A stretch of DNA of 64,000 nucleotides from an uncultured Alcanivoracaceae bacterium (GTDB lineage Bacteria; Pseudomonadota; Gammaproteobacteria; Pseudomonadales; Alcanivoracaceae). Below the pieces are notes generated by a model. That model saw only the letters and a program-made list of their open reading frames with translations, searched no databases and was not told the origin of the DNA. This document shows positions 19,107 to 31,448 of the stretch, in pieces; the stretch's first letter is position 1, and each line of letters opens with the position of its first letter. The DNA lies in contig CAYMEY010000008.1 in NCBI GenBank assembly GCA_964389795.1, forward strand, positions 14,851 to 78,850, given 5' to 3'. Both the position numbers and the translations under genes were made by a program.

Positions 19107-20074
19107 CAGACGACTCCGGCGCGAAGCAGGTCATGCATGTTCAGCGCGCCGGCTGGCGCACCCTTGTCGTCGACCACGATCAGGCCGTTGATCTTGCGGC
19201 TTTCCATGATATGCAATGCCTCCGCAGCCAGATGGCCACAGGTGATGGTGACCGGGTTAGGTGACATCACTGCCGCGATGGCGGTGTGATGGATGTCGAA
19301 GGCATGGTCGAGCATGCGTCGCAGGTCGCCGTCGGTGAATACTCCGGCGAGCGTGCCATCGTCGCGCAGGACCGCAGTCATGCCCAGCCCCTTGCGCGTG
19401 ACCTCCAGCAAGGCTTCGGCAATCATCGCGCGCTCCGATACACGCGGCAGGCGTTCGCCGCTGTGCATGACATCGTCGACGGTGAGCAGCAGGCGGCGAC
19501 CGAGGCTGCCACCGGGATGAGACAGGGCAAAATCCTCGGCCGTGAAACCGCGCGCTTCCAGCAACGCAATCGCCAGCGCATCGCCGAGCGCCAGTGCGGC
19601 GGTGGTGCTGGAGGTAGGTGCCAGATTGAGCGGACAGGCTTCCTCGGTGACGGCGACATGCAGGTGCACGTCAGACTGGCGTGCCAGCGTTGAATCGGCG
19701 CGGCCGGTGAGGCTGATCAGCGGTGTCGCCTTGCGTTTGATCACCGGCACAATGGTCAGTACTTCAGCGGTTTCGCCCGAATTGGACAGCGCCACGACCA
19801 CATCGTCGGGCGTGATCATGCCCAGATCGCCATGTGATGCCTCGGCCGGATGAACAAAAAACGCCGGCGTACCGGTGCTGGCCAGTGTTGCCGCTATCTT
19901 GTTGCCGATATGGCCAGACTTGCCCATGCCGGTGACGATCACCCGCCCCTTACAATTGAGCAGCAGCTGGCAGGCGTGGCCAAACGCGCCGTCTATGGTG
20001 CCAATCAGCGCTTCCACCGCACGGGCCTCGATCGCCAGTACGCGGCGCGCGGAGCCCTGAAAATCCTGTGACAT
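19106..20074 (-). CDS. kdsD: Arabinose-5-phosphate isomerase KdsD (SIS plus tandem CBS)
   Basis: SIS motif VTGMGKSGHIG and C-terminal CBS pair. 322 aa. Confidence 0.94.
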   Translation of the reverse strand: MSQDFQGSARRVLAIEARAVEALIGTIDGAFGHACQLLLNCKGRVIVTGMGKSGHIGNKIAATLASTGTPAFFVHPAEASHGDLGMITPDDVVVALSNSGETAEVLTIVPVIKRKATPLISLTGRADSTLARQSDVHLHVAVTEEACPLNLAPTSSTTAALALGDALAIALLEARGFTAEDFALSHPGGSLGRRLLLTVDDVMHSGERLPRVSERAMIAEALLEVTRKGLGMTAVLRDDGTLAGVFTDGDLRRMLDHAFDIHHTAIAAVMSPNPVTITCGHLAAEALHIMESRKINGLIVVDDKGAPAGALNMHDLLRAGVV

Positions 20075-20217
20075 AGGTGTCCCTCATCTTCGCTGCGGCG
20101 ATTATACATGGCTGTCGCTGAGAACCCACGGAACCGTCGGCGCTGTCCAGGGCTCTAAGTTCAACTGGACAGCTAGCAGCGAGACCGGTTTCATAGCGCC
20201 AGCAGAGGAGCCTGAGC

Positions 20218-20871
20218 ATGAAGCGTCAATATTTTCTGGTAATGGCATGGGTACTGACTTGTCTGGCAGGTGCCGTACAGGCCGCTGAGGCCGGGCCGCA
20301 CGAGGTGATTGCCGAGTCGATCAATCGCATTACCGCCCGCATTGATCAGGACCGTGAACGCATCAAGGCCGATCCCGACTACGCCCGCAAAATGGTCGAT
20401 GAAGAGCTGGATGGGCTGGTGGATTTCAAGCGCATCACCCGGCTGGTGATGGCGCAGTATTTCGACAAGGCCAGCAAGGAGCAGAAGTACCGGTTTCTGG
20501 ATGTGTTCCGCAACAGCCTGATCAGCACCTATTCCTCTGGCTTGACCCTGTATGAAGGGCAGGAGATTCGTGTACTGCCAGCGGCAGAGGGTGATGTACG
20601 CGACAGTCGGGCGGCGGTGAAGACCGAGATCGCCACCAATGCGGGCAAGGTGATCCCGGTCAGCTTCTCCCTTTACCGCAACGGCGACGGTCACTGGATG
20701 GTCGAGAATGTGATCGTCAACGGTCTCAATCTGGGCAAGACCTTCCGTAGCCAGTTTGACCAGTCGGTGCAGCAATACCAGGGCGACCTGGACCAGGTGA
20801 TCGCCAACTGGTCCTCGGCCATTGATCTGGGCAATGAAGAAGGTGCCGGGGAGACCCCCTCAGGCGCCTGA
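20218..20871 (+). CDS. mlaC: Periplasmic phospholipid-binding protein MlaC (Ttg2D)
   Basis: Signal peptide. PHEVI...VENVIVNGLNLGKTFRSQFD closely matches the remembered MlaC/Ttg2D sequence. It lies upstream of ibaG-murA. Confidence 0.9.
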   Translation: MKRQYFLVMAWVLTCLAGAVQAAEAGPHEVIAESINRITARIDQDRERIKADPDYARKMVDEELDGLVDFKRITRLVMAQYFDKASKEQKYRFLDVFRNSLISTYSSGLTLYEGQEIRVLPAAEGDVRDSRAAVKTEIATNAGKVIPVSFSLYRNGDGHWMVENVIVNGLNLGKTFRSQFDQSVQQYQGDLDQVIANWSSAIDLGNEEGAGETPSGA

Positions 20872-20925
20872 TTTTTCTGACCAAAAGCCGTATCATGGCG
20901 GCCTTTGCAAACATGAGGGCCGGGC

Positions 20926-22456
<1,531 letters not shown>

Positions 22457-22465
22457 TTACCGATT

Positions 22466-23110
22466 ATGAAACCTTTGACCATTGCCCTGTCCAAGGGGCG
22501 CATCTTCAAGGAAACCCTGCCGTTACTGAAAGCGGCAGGTATTGAGTTGCTTGAAGATCCGGACAAGTCGCGCAAGCTGGTGTTCGATACCAGCCGTGAT
22601 GACGTCAAGATCATCATTATTCGTGCTACCGATGTGCCGCCGTACGTTCAATACGGCGCTGCTGACATCGGTGTCGCCGGCAAGGATGTATTGATGGAGC
22701 ACGGCGCCGAAGGCGTCTACGAGCCTCTGGACCTGAATATTGCGCGCTGCAAGCTGATGGTTGCGGCACTGAAAGACGCGCCGGAAGTGACTGGCCGCCT
22801 GCGCGTGGCCACCAAGTTCGTCAATATCACCCGTCGTTACTATGCCGAGCAGGGCAGACAGGCCGATGTGATCAAGTTGTATGGCGCCATGGAGCTTGCC
22901 CCTCTGGTAGGGCTGGCAGACCGCATTGTCGATATCGTTGATACCGGCAATACCCTGCGCGCCAATGGCCTGGAGCCGACCGAACTTATCTGCGAGGTGT
23001 CCAGTCGTCTGATCGTCAACCGCGCCAGTATGAAGACGCGTCACGCTGATATTCAGTCCATCCTTGATGCGGTGGAGCGGGCGGTAGAGGCGGCACAGGA
23101 GGGCGCATGA
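22466..23110 (+). CDS. hisG: ATP phosphoribosyltransferase, short-form catalytic subunit HisG
   Basis: 214 aa and lacks the C-terminal regulatory domain. Short forms normally need HisZ, which is not in this window. Confidence 0.94.
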   Translation: MKPLTIALSKGRIFKETLPLLKAAGIELLEDPDKSRKLVFDTSRDDVKIIIIRATDVPPYVQYGAADIGVAGKDVLMEHGAEGVYEPLDLNIARCKLMVAALKDAPEVTGRLRVATKFVNITRRYYAEQGRQADVIKLYGAMELAPLVGLADRIVDIVDTGNTLRANGLEPTELICEVSSRLIVNRASMKTRHADIQSILDAVERAVEAAQEGA

Positions 23111-24411
23111 ACATTCAGCGTCTTGATACCTCGGATCTGGATTTCTATCAGCAGCTCGCGGCACTCACGGCGTGGAGCGAAGAGCGCGATGATGAAGTGC
23201 AGTTACGTGTGCGCGACATTCTCGACGCGGTGCGCACACGTGGCGATCAGGCGGTGGTGGAACTGACCAATCGCTTCGATCGTCGCGCTGTCAGCAGCAT
23301 GAAGGAGCTGGAGATCAGTGCGCAGCAGCTGCAAAACGCGCTGCAGCGTATTCCGCCGGCGCAACGGCAAGCGCTTGAGGCCGCCGCAGAGCGCGTGCGC
23401 CGCTACCATGCCCATCAGAAGCAGGATTCCTGGCAGTACACCGAAGCGGATGGCACGTTGCTCGGTCAGCAGGTGACGGCACTGGATCGCGCAGGTATTT
23501 ATGTGCCCGGCGGTAAGGCCGCTTATCCGAGTTCTGTGCTGATGAATGCGATACCAGCCAAGGTGGCCGGCGTCGCTGAGATCATCATGATGTCGCCGTC
23601 GCCGCAGGGAGAGTTGAATGACCTGGTGTTGGCGGCGGCAGCGATTGCCGGCGTTGATCGGGTGTTTTCCATTGGCGGTGCGCAAGCGGTGGCGGCACTG
23701 GCATTTGGCACTGATACTGTCCCGGCAGTGGACAAGATTGTCGGTCCCGGCAATATCTACGTGGCGGAAGCCAAGCGACAGGTGTTTGGCAAAGTCGGTA
23801 TCGACATGATTGCCGGACCGTCGGAAATTCTGGTGGTGTGTGACGGTCACACTGATCCAGACTGGATTGCCATGGACCTGTTGTCGCAGGCTGAGCACGA
23901 TGAAGAGGCGCAGGCGATTCTGTTGTGCCCTGATGCCGCCTTCATTGAGCGCGTCGCCGCCAGTCTGGAAAAAAGTTTGCAGCAACTGGAGCGCGCCGAC
24001 ATCGCCCGCACCTCGCTGGCGAATCGTGGTGCCTTGATCAAGGCGCGTGACCTCGACGATTGCATGGCGGTGGTCAATACGATCTCGCCTGAGCACCTGG
24101 AACTGTCCATGGCGGATGCCGAGCAGTGGGCCAAGCAAGTGCGTCACGCCGGCGCCATTTTCCTTGGGCGACACACGCCGGAAGCACTGGGTGATTACTG
24201 TGCCGGCCCCAATCACGTGTTGCCGACATCCGCCACGGCACGCTTTTCGTCGCCGCTCGGCGTATATGACTTCCAGAAGCGCAGCTCACTGATCGGCTGT
24301 TCCGCCGAAGGTGCAGCAGCACTCGCCAAGGTGGCCAGTGTCCTGGCGCGCGGTGAAGGGCTGACGGCACATGCGCTGTCCGCGGAGTTGCGCGACCCCG
24401 ACCGTAGCTGA
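23107..24411 (+). CDS. hisD: Histidinol dehydrogenase HisD
   Basis: 434 aa. It has the QAEHD motif and overlaps the hisG stop. Confidence 0.97.
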   Translation: MNIQRLDTSDLDFYQQLAALTAWSEERDDEVQLRVRDILDAVRTRGDQAVVELTNRFDRRAVSSMKELEISAQQLQNALQRIPPAQRQALEAAAERVRRYHAHQKQDSWQYTEADGTLLGQQVTALDRAGIYVPGGKAAYPSSVLMNAIPAKVAGVAEIIMMSPSPQGELNDLVLAAAAIAGVDRVFSIGGAQAVAALAFGTDTVPAVDKIVGPGNIYVAEAKRQVFGKVGIDMIAGPSEILVVCDGHTDPDWIAMDLLSQAEHDEEAQAILLCPDAAFIERVAASLEKSLQQLERADIARTSLANRGALIKARDLDDCMAVVNTISPEHLELSMADAEQWAKQVRHAGAIFLGRHTPEALGDYCAGPNHVLPTSATARFSSPLGVYDFQKRSSLIGCSAEGAAALAKVASVLARGEGLTAHALSAELRDPDRS

Positions 24412-24488
24412 GGCGTGCGCGCCGCCACGTGCGGCGGCGATGCCATCCCGGCAGAGTATATTCAGATACCGATTATCAGGAGCTGACC

Positions 24489-25550
24489 GTGAGTCGTTAC
24501 TGGAGCGATTTTGTTCACAAGCTGGACCCCTATGTGCCCGGTGAGCAGCCCAAGGTGGAGCGCCTGGTCAAGCTCAATACCAATGAGAATCCCTACGGCC
24601 CGTCACCCCGGGCGGTAGCTGCCATGGCGGCGGTGCCCGCTGACAGCTTGCGTCTTTATCCTGACCCCGATGCAACGGCATTGAAGCAGGCGATTGCCGA
24701 ATTTTATGGCGTAGAGACTGCTCAGGTTTTTGTCGGCAATGGTTCGGATGAAGTGCTGGCGCATATTTTTCACGGCCTGTTCAAACAGTCGCGGCCGTTG
24801 CTGTTTCCAGACATTACCTACAGTTTCTACAAGGTCTACTGTGGCCTGTACGGTATTGAATACGAAACCGTAGCCTTGGCCGATGATTTTTCCATTCCGC
24901 TAGCGCAGTTTGAACGCCCCAATGGCGGCATCATTTTCCCCAATCCCAATGCGCCCACCGGCGTGCTGACACCGCTGGCGGACATAGAGGTGCTGTTACA
25001 GGCCAACACAGATTCGGTGGTGGTTGTGGATGAGGCCTATATCGATTTTGGCGGTCAGTCCGCCGTGTCGCTGGTTGATCGTTATGACAACCTGCTGGTC
25101 ACGCAGACGTTGTCGAAGTCGAGGTCGTTGGCAGGCCTGCGCATTGGTCTGGCAATCGGCTCAGCGCCTCTGATTGAAGGTCTCGAGCGGGTCAAGAACT
25201 GCTTCAATTCTTATCCGCTTGATCAGCTTGCGATTGCTGCCGGTGCAGCCGCATTTGCGGATCGTCAGTACTTCGAACAAACCTGTGCGCGAGTCATCGC
25301 CAGCCGGGAGCAGATCGTCGCTGCATTGCAGGCGCGCCAGTTCACGGTGTTACCTTCGATGGCCAATTTCGTTTTTGTGCGTCACGCCAACCTGCATGGC
25401 GCCGAACTGGCCGCGCGTCTGCGCAGCCACGGGGTTATTGTCCGGCACTTCGCCAAACCCGAACGCATTCAGGACTTTCTGCGTATTACGATTGGCAACG
25501 ACGCCCAGAATCAGGCGTTGCTGGATGCGCTCGACAGCGAACTGAGTTAG
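24489..25550 (+). CDS. hisC: Histidinol-phosphate aminotransferase HisC
   Basis: GTG 24489 lies 6 nt after [17 protein letters not shown] and [14 protein letters not shown] (PLP Lys) motifs are present. Confidence 0.94.
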   Translation: MSRYWSDFVHKLDPYVPGEQPKVERLVKLNTNENPYGPSPRAVAAMAAVPADSLRLYPDPDATALKQAIAEFYGVETAQVFVGNGSDEVLAHIFHGLFKQSRPLLFPDITYSFYKVYCGLYGIEYETVALADDFSIPLAQFERPNGGIIFPNPNAPTGVLTPLADIEVLLQANTDSVVVVDEAYIDFGGQSAVSLVDRYDNLLVTQTLSKSRSLAGLRIGLAIGSAPLIEGLERVKNCFNSYPLDQLAIAAGAAAFADRQYFEQTCARVIASREQIVAALQARQFTVLPSMANFVFVRHANLHGAELAARLRSHGVIVRHFAKPERIQDFLRITIGNDAQNQALLDALDSELS

Positions 25551-26362
25551 TTGATAGTGATCTGTGGCCACGCCGAAGCGTCAATGGTTTGCCGGTAGGC
25601 ATGCCAGGTGGCGTGGCCGAGCAGTGGCAACAACACGGCAAACGCCAGATAGGCGGTCAGCAGGCCGATCAGTACACAGACACCAATCACCATTGCCCAG
25701 ACCAGCATTGCCGGCTTGTTGCGCAGTACGGCATTGACGCTGGTGACCACGGCGGTAACGCCATCAGTCTGGCGATCCATCAGCATCGGCAGTGAAAACG
25801 CGCTGACCGCAAACACAATGGCGCAGAATACTGCACCAACGGTGCTGCCCACGCCGAGAAACAAGGCCAGGTCTTTCAGCTCAAAGCTGCTGCTCTCCGG
25901 GAAAAACACATAGATCACTGTCGCTGCACGTGCCCACACCAGAAACACAATGGTCAGCAGAATCGCAAATACCGTGGCGTTGGCGATCGGTTTGCGCGCA
26001 TCTACCAGACTGCGTCGCAACGACACCGGTTCGTTGCGCTCGACATGAATGCTGATGGAGTACAGCGTCAGCGCCAGCCAGGGGCCGACAAACACAAAGC
26101 CTGACACCATGCCAAGGTACAACCCAAGGTTTCCCCACCAGTAGGTGAACGCGGTGATCAGGTAGCTCATCACCACCATGATCAGCCCGTAGGTGAGACT
26201 TTGTTTGGGCGCGGCCTTGAGATCCTGCCAGCCATGTTTCAGCCAGTCGAACGCCGCCCACAATGGCAGGTTGGCGCAGGGAGCCACGAACGGTAGTTCG
26301 TCGGTATTGAGCGAGTGGTCGGAAGCCGGTTCGGATTTATGATCTGAGCGTTCAGCGTTCAT
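25547..26362 (-). CDS. Uncharacterised integral membrane protein (DUF2189-like)
   Basis: About 271 aa from ATG 26362 (GGAG 7 nt upstream). A hydrophilic N-terminus is followed by multiple TM helices. No enzymatic motif. The stop overlaps the hisC stop. Confidence 0.7.
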   Translation of the reverse strand: MNAERSDHKSEPASDHSLNTDELPFVAPCANLPLWAAFDWLKHGWQDLKAAPKQSLTYGLIMVVMSYLITAFTYWWGNLGLYLGMVSGFVFVGPWLALTLYSISIHVERNEPVSLRRSLVDARKPIANATVFAILLTIVFLVWARAATVIYVFFPESSSFELKDLALFLGVGSTVGAVFCAIVFAVSAFSLPMLMDRQTDGVTAVVTSVNAVLRNKPAMLVWAMVIGVCVLIGLLTAYLAFAVLLPLLGHATWHAYRQTIDASAWPQITIN

Positions 26363-26432
26363 GCTGTAACTCCGAGATATTTTTCTTGTCGGCGTCAATC
26401 CTCAGCGAGACCGGAGCGCTTGGCAAGTACCG

Positions 26433-27542
<1,110 letters not shown>

Positions 27543-27658
27543 CAATGAGGCTCGTGGCAGGCTGGTGTAAACTGCGCGCAGTCTAGCAGGGACCGGACGA
27601 GGGTTCAGTAACCGAGCGTATCGTCTGGATCACAAAACCGTTGCAGGAGCGGCCACCG

Positions 27659-28417
27659 ATGGTCAAACGTGATGTCATGCTGAGCGCACTGGACAAGTTG
27701 CTGCAGCCGGAAAAATTCCGTGACTACTGCCCGAATGGTCTGCAGGTGGAAGGGCGCGAATCGATCCAGCGGCTGGTGACCGGTGTCACCGCCAGTCAGG
27801 CATTGCTGGATGCCGCCGTGGTTGAGCAGGCTGATGCGATTCTGGTGCATCACGGCTACTTCTGGAAAAACGAAGATGCACGCGTGCGTGGCATGAAGAA
27901 GCAGCGCCTGCAAACGCTGCTGCACCACAACATCAGCCTGTTTGCCTACCACCTGCCGCTGGATGCTCATCCCAAACTGGGCAACAACGTGGCGCTGGCG
28001 CGGCTGCTGGCGCTGGACATTGACGGAGGGATGGAGCCCGGCAATCCATTCTCGGTCGGTTTGACCGGGCGCTTGCCGCACAGCATGAGTGCCGAGGAGT
28101 TTGCCGAGTATGTGGAGTCACGCCTTGGCCGTGAGGTGCTGCATATTGGTGAGCCGGAGGATGAAGTGGAAACGCTGGCCTGGTGTACCGGTGCCGCCCA
28201 GGGCTTTATCGAGCAGGCGCAGGCACTGGGCGTGGATGCCTACCTGAGCGGTGAAATCTCGGAGCCCACCGTGCACGTTGCGCGCGAGACCGGCATCCAC
28301 TATTTTGCCTGCGGCCACCACGCCACCGAGCGCTACGGCGTGCAGGCGGTGGGCGACTGGCTGGCGCAGGAATTTGATATCGAGCACGTCTTTATTGATA
28401 TCGACAATCCGGTCTGA
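27659..28417 (+). CDS. Nif3-family dinuclear metal-centre protein (YbgI-like)
   Basis: DYCPNGLQVEG, HHGYFW and ACGHHATER motifs match E. coli YbgI. ATG 27659 gives the same N-terminal length as YbgI. Confidence 0.9.
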   Translation: MVKRDVMLSALDKLLQPEKFRDYCPNGLQVEGRESIQRLVTGVTASQALLDAAVVEQADAILVHHGYFWKNEDARVRGMKKQRLQTLLHHNISLFAYHLPLDAHPKLGNNVALARLLALDIDGGMEPGNPFSVGLTGRLPHSMSAEEFAEYVESRLGREVLHIGEPEDEVETLAWCTGAAQGFIEQAQALGVDAYLSGEISEPTVHVARETGIHYFACGHHATERYGVQAVGDWLAQEFDIEHVFIDIDNPV

Positions 28418-28496
28418 TCCCGGATTTCAGCACAACCCTGCCGTTGGCGCAGACTCTGCTGCGACCCTTTGTCGCGGCCTGTTCAGGCTTGATTCG

Positions 28497-29384
28497 ATGA
28501 AAGTACTGGTGATTTATAACCCGGCCGCCGGCGGTGGACGGGAAGCAGCGTTGCGGCGTTTGCAACAGGCGCTGACAGCGCGGGGCGCGGACGTTGAGGT
28601 CTATCGCACGCGTGCACCGGCGGATGCGACAGAATATCTGCGCAGCCGTGTCGAGCCAGTGGATGTGGTCATCGCCGTGGGTGGCGATGGCACCACCAAC
28701 GAGGTCATCAATGGTCTCCCCGCAGGGGTACCGCTGGGCATTATGGCCACCGGCACGGCCAACGTGCTGGCCAGAGAGCTGGGCTTGCCTGCTGCGCCGG
28801 ACAAGGTGGCCGAGCTGGCAGTCAGTGGCGACACGCTTACGGTCTGGCCGGGCCGCCTGAATGGCCGGCGTTTCCTGATGTGGGTCGGCATTGGCTATGA
28901 CGCCTGGGTGGTTAACAGCACCAATTTGTCGCTCAAACAGCGCATCGGCAAGGGCGCCTATGTGCTCGCCATGCTCGGCCAGATTGCCCGTTACGGCAGC
29001 CAGCGCTTCATGCTGGAGATCGATGGCCAGCCCTATCAGTGCTACTCCGCGATTGTCGCCAATGCCCGCTATTACGGCGGCAGCTTTGTGCTCAGCCAGC
29101 GTGCCGACATCAGTGCCAGAAGCCTGCAGGTGCTGATGTTCTGCCGGCCCGGCCGCTGGGCGCTGGTCAAGTTCATGCTGGCGTTACTGGTGGGGCGTAT
29201 GGAGCACATGGACGGGGTGCTGTCGGTGCCGGCGCAGCACATCAAGGTGGCCGCCGTAGCGGGCGAGCCGTTGCAGGCCGATGGCGACCCGGCCGGACTG
29301 CTGCCGGCGCAACTGCAGGTCGACAGTGAGGCGCTGGCGGTGAAAGTCCCGGCGGTCACGTTACGCGCCTTCGGCAAGGCATAA
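28497..29384 (+). CDS. Diacylglycerol-kinase-family lipid kinase (YegS/BmrU-like)
   Basis: MKVLVIYNPAAGGG..., VIAVGGDGTTNEVINGL (the GGDGT motif). Confidence 0.85.
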   Translation: MKVLVIYNPAAGGGREAALRRLQQALTARGADVEVYRTRAPADATEYLRSRVEPVDVVIAVGGDGTTNEVINGLPAGVPLGIMATGTANVLARELGLPAAPDKVAELAVSGDTLTVWPGRLNGRRFLMWVGIGYDAWVVNSTNLSLKQRIGKGAYVLAMLGQIARYGSQRFMLEIDGQPYQCYSAIVANARYYGGSFVLSQRADISARSLQVLMFCRPGRWALVKFMLALLVGRMEHMDGVLSVPAQHIKVAAVAGEPLQADGDPAGLLPAQLQVDSEALAVKVPAVTLRAFGKA

Positions 29385-29447
29385 GCAGCAAACAAACGGT
29401 TATTGAAATGCCCCGGCGCGGCGGTGTCGCTGCCGCCAACGGGCCGC

Positions 29448-29453
29448 TATAAT
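29448..29453 (+). promoter_or_regulatory. Candidate -10 hexamer (TATAAT) upstream of sat
   Basis: A perfect TATAAT lies 47 nt upstream of the sat ATG in the 115-nt intergenic region. The -35 is poor (TGTCGC-like). Confidence 0.3.
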
Positions 29454-29499
29454 GCGCGCCCATTCCGAACCACAGACCGCATACCGCTGGAGTTGAAGC

Positions 29500-30714
29500 A
29501 TGTCGCAACTGGTCAAACCGCACGGCAGTGACACCCTCAAGCCCCTGCTGCTCGAGGGCGATGCCCTGAGTCAGGCCAAGGCCCACGCCGCCACTCTGCC
29601 ACAGGTGACGTTGTCATCGCGGGAGCGCGGCGACCTGATCATGTTCGGTATCGGTGGTTTCACCCCGCTGGAAGGCTTTATGGGGCAAGCAGACTGGCAG
29701 GGTGTCTGCGACACCATGACCATGGCCAACGGTCTGTTCTGGCCGATCCCGATTACCCTGTCCACCGACGCTGCCACCGCCGATAGCCTCAATATCGGTG
29801 ACGAGGTGGCACTGGTGGATGCCGACGGCGAGATCATGGGCGCCATGACGCTGTCGGAGAAATACACCATCGACAAACAGCACGAGTGCGAAACGGTGTT
29901 CAAGACTGCCGACCTTGAGCACCCGGGCGTCAAAATGGTGATGGAGCAGGGCGACGTCAATCTGGCCGGCCCGGTCCAGGTATTCTCTCAGGGCGAGTTC
30001 CCGGAGAAGTACAAAGGCATCTACATGACGCCGGCGGAAACCCGCGCATTGTTCGAATCCAAAGGCTGGAAAACGGTTGCCGCGTTCCAGACTCGTAACC
30101 CCATGCACCGCTCCCACGAGCACCTGGCCAAGATTGCCATCGAGATTTGCGATGGTGTGCTGGTGCATTCGCTGCTTGGCCAGCTCAAGCCGGGAGATAT
30201 CCCGGCGGAAGTGCGTCAGGACGCCATCGGTACCTTGATCGACAAGTACTTCGTCAAGAACACCGTGGTGCAGTCCGGCTACCCGCTGGACATGCGTTAT
30301 GCCGGTCCGCGTGAGGCGCTGCTGCATGCGCTGTTCCGCCAGAACTATGGTTGTTCGCACCTGATCGTCGGTCGCGATCATGCCGGCGTCGGTGACTATT
30401 ACGGTCCGTTTGATGCGCACCACATCTTTGATCAGATTGCCGCCAATGCGCTGCTGACGCAGCCGCTGAAGATCGACTGGACGTTCTGGTGTCACAAGTG
30501 CGGCACCATGGCTTCCATGCGTACCTGCCCGCACGAGGCGGCGGATCGCGTGCTGGTTTCGGGCACCAAGTTGCGCAAGGCACTCAGTGAAGGCGAACAG
30601 GTGGCTGATGGTTTCAGCCGCCCGGAAGTGCTGGAGATTCTGCGTGCCTACTACGCGTCGCTGGCCGAGCATGAAAAGGTCAAGGTGGAGCTGAAAGGCC
30701 ACTCCGCGCGCTGA
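29500..30714 (+). CDS. sat: Sulfate adenylyltransferase (homo-oligomeric ATP sulfurylase, Sat type)
   Basis: [13 protein letters not shown] and GRDHAGVG motifs. 404 aa. Confidence 0.93.
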   Translation: MSQLVKPHGSDTLKPLLLEGDALSQAKAHAATLPQVTLSSRERGDLIMFGIGGFTPLEGFMGQADWQGVCDTMTMANGLFWPIPITLSTDAATADSLNIGDEVALVDADGEIMGAMTLSEKYTIDKQHECETVFKTADLEHPGVKMVMEQGDVNLAGPVQVFSQGEFPEKYKGIYMTPAETRALFESKGWKTVAAFQTRNPMHRSHEHLAKIAIEICDGVLVHSLLGQLKPGDIPAEVRQDAIGTLIDKYFVKNTVVQSGYPLDMRYAGPREALLHALFRQNYGCSHLIVGRDHAGVGDYYGPFDAHHIFDQIAANALLTQPLKIDWTFWCHKCGTMASMRTCPHEAADRVLVSGTKLRKALSEGEQVADGFSRPEVLEILRAYYASLAEHEKVKVELKGHSAR

Positions 30715-30731
30715 TGCAATTGCCCTGCGCG

Positions 30732-30769
30732 AAATAAAAATGCCCGGCAATTGCCGGGCATTTTTATTT
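30732..30769. terminator. Bidirectional rho-independent terminator (perfect 38-nt palindrome)
   Basis: AAATAAAAATGCCCGGCAA/TTGCCGGGCATTTTTATTT: a GC stem flanked by an A-run and a T-run, between convergent sat and yhcB. Confidence 0.9.
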
Positions 30770-30798
30770 CTATCGCCGAGACACGGATTTGGCGCGGG

Positions 30799-31335
30799 TC
30801 AGGCCTGCTGTTTGTCGCTATCCGGTGGGCAGCCCTGCTCATCACAGCCGTCGGCGTAATCGCGCGGTGGTGTGTATTCGCTGCTTTCTTCCTGCTCCCA
30901 GTGATCGTAAGCGGCCAGGGTGTCGTCCTTGCTGGCATGACCAAAGTCTTCCGCCAGCGTGCCTTTGTGGCTGGGGGCGTAATCAAGCGGTGCACGGACT
31001 TCCTCGCCCACCTGTTCATCGCTGCCCGGGAGCAGGTCGAGAGAACGGGCCAGCGCCAGTCGGCGACCCTGCTCAGAGCACAATTTGCGCGCGCCATCGG
31101 CGAGCTGCTCATGCACGGCCTTGTAAGCGCTGGTGAGCTGATTGACGGTATCCGCTGTGCGCAGGAAATGCTGGTCGACCTCTTCGCGGTAGCGCAGCAG
31201 TGCCTGTCGGGCTTCGTCACGCTCACGTGTCAGCTCGCGATGCTGGCGGCGAGCCGGCAGCAACAGCCAGATCAGGATGGCGCCAGCCACAATACCGGCG
31301 GCGAAAATCAGCAAATTGGGCAACAACGTTTCCAT
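30799..31335 (-). CDS. yhcB: Inner-membrane protein YhcB (DUF1043 / ZapG) with a long acidic tail
   Basis: N-terminal TM helix, then a coiled coil (YREEVDQHFLRTADTVNQLTSAYKAVHEQL), and the C-terminal PRDYADG motif, as in E. coli YhcB (PRDYSEG). zapE and rplM-rpsI are neighbours as in E. coli. Confidence 0.85.
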   Translation of the reverse strand: METLLPNLLIFAAGIVAGAILIWLLLPARRQHRELTRERDEARQALLRYREEVDQHFLRTADTVNQLTSAYKAVHEQLADGARKLCSEQGRRLALARSLDLLPGSDEQVGEEVRAPLDYAPSHKGTLAEDFGHASKDDTLAAYDHWEQEESSEYTPPRDYADGCDEQGCPPDSDKQQA

Positions 31336-31448
31336 GCAGTGTCTCCTTGATGCCGCTATTGCAGCACAGCGGTGCAGTGTGCGCCAAGCGCGTCGGTAAC
31401 GAAATTGCTAGTATTTGTCGGATTGTTACCAGCTGCAGAGGTCAGTCG

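Noticed and set aside
30051-30060. GTTCGAATCC, the consensus T-arm of a tRNA.
   Set aside because: It sits in-frame inside sat (…ALFESKGW…). There is no acceptor, D-arm or anticodon-arm complementarity around it. I found no tRNA or rRNA genes in the window.
29614-30750. Very long antisense ORFs: 378 aa opposite sat; 337 aa opposite hisD at 23203-24216; 331 aa opposite murC at 58028-59023; 297 aa opposite pmbA at 9605-10498; and others at 50085-50936, 51587-52495, 36768-37598, 40334-41128 and 63044-63808.
   Set aside because: They are typical stop-codon-poor shadow frames of GC-rich genes. Their translations are Arg/Ala/Gly/His-rich low-complexity sequence with no family motifs. Each lies fully inside a gene whose sense-strand product is unmistakable.
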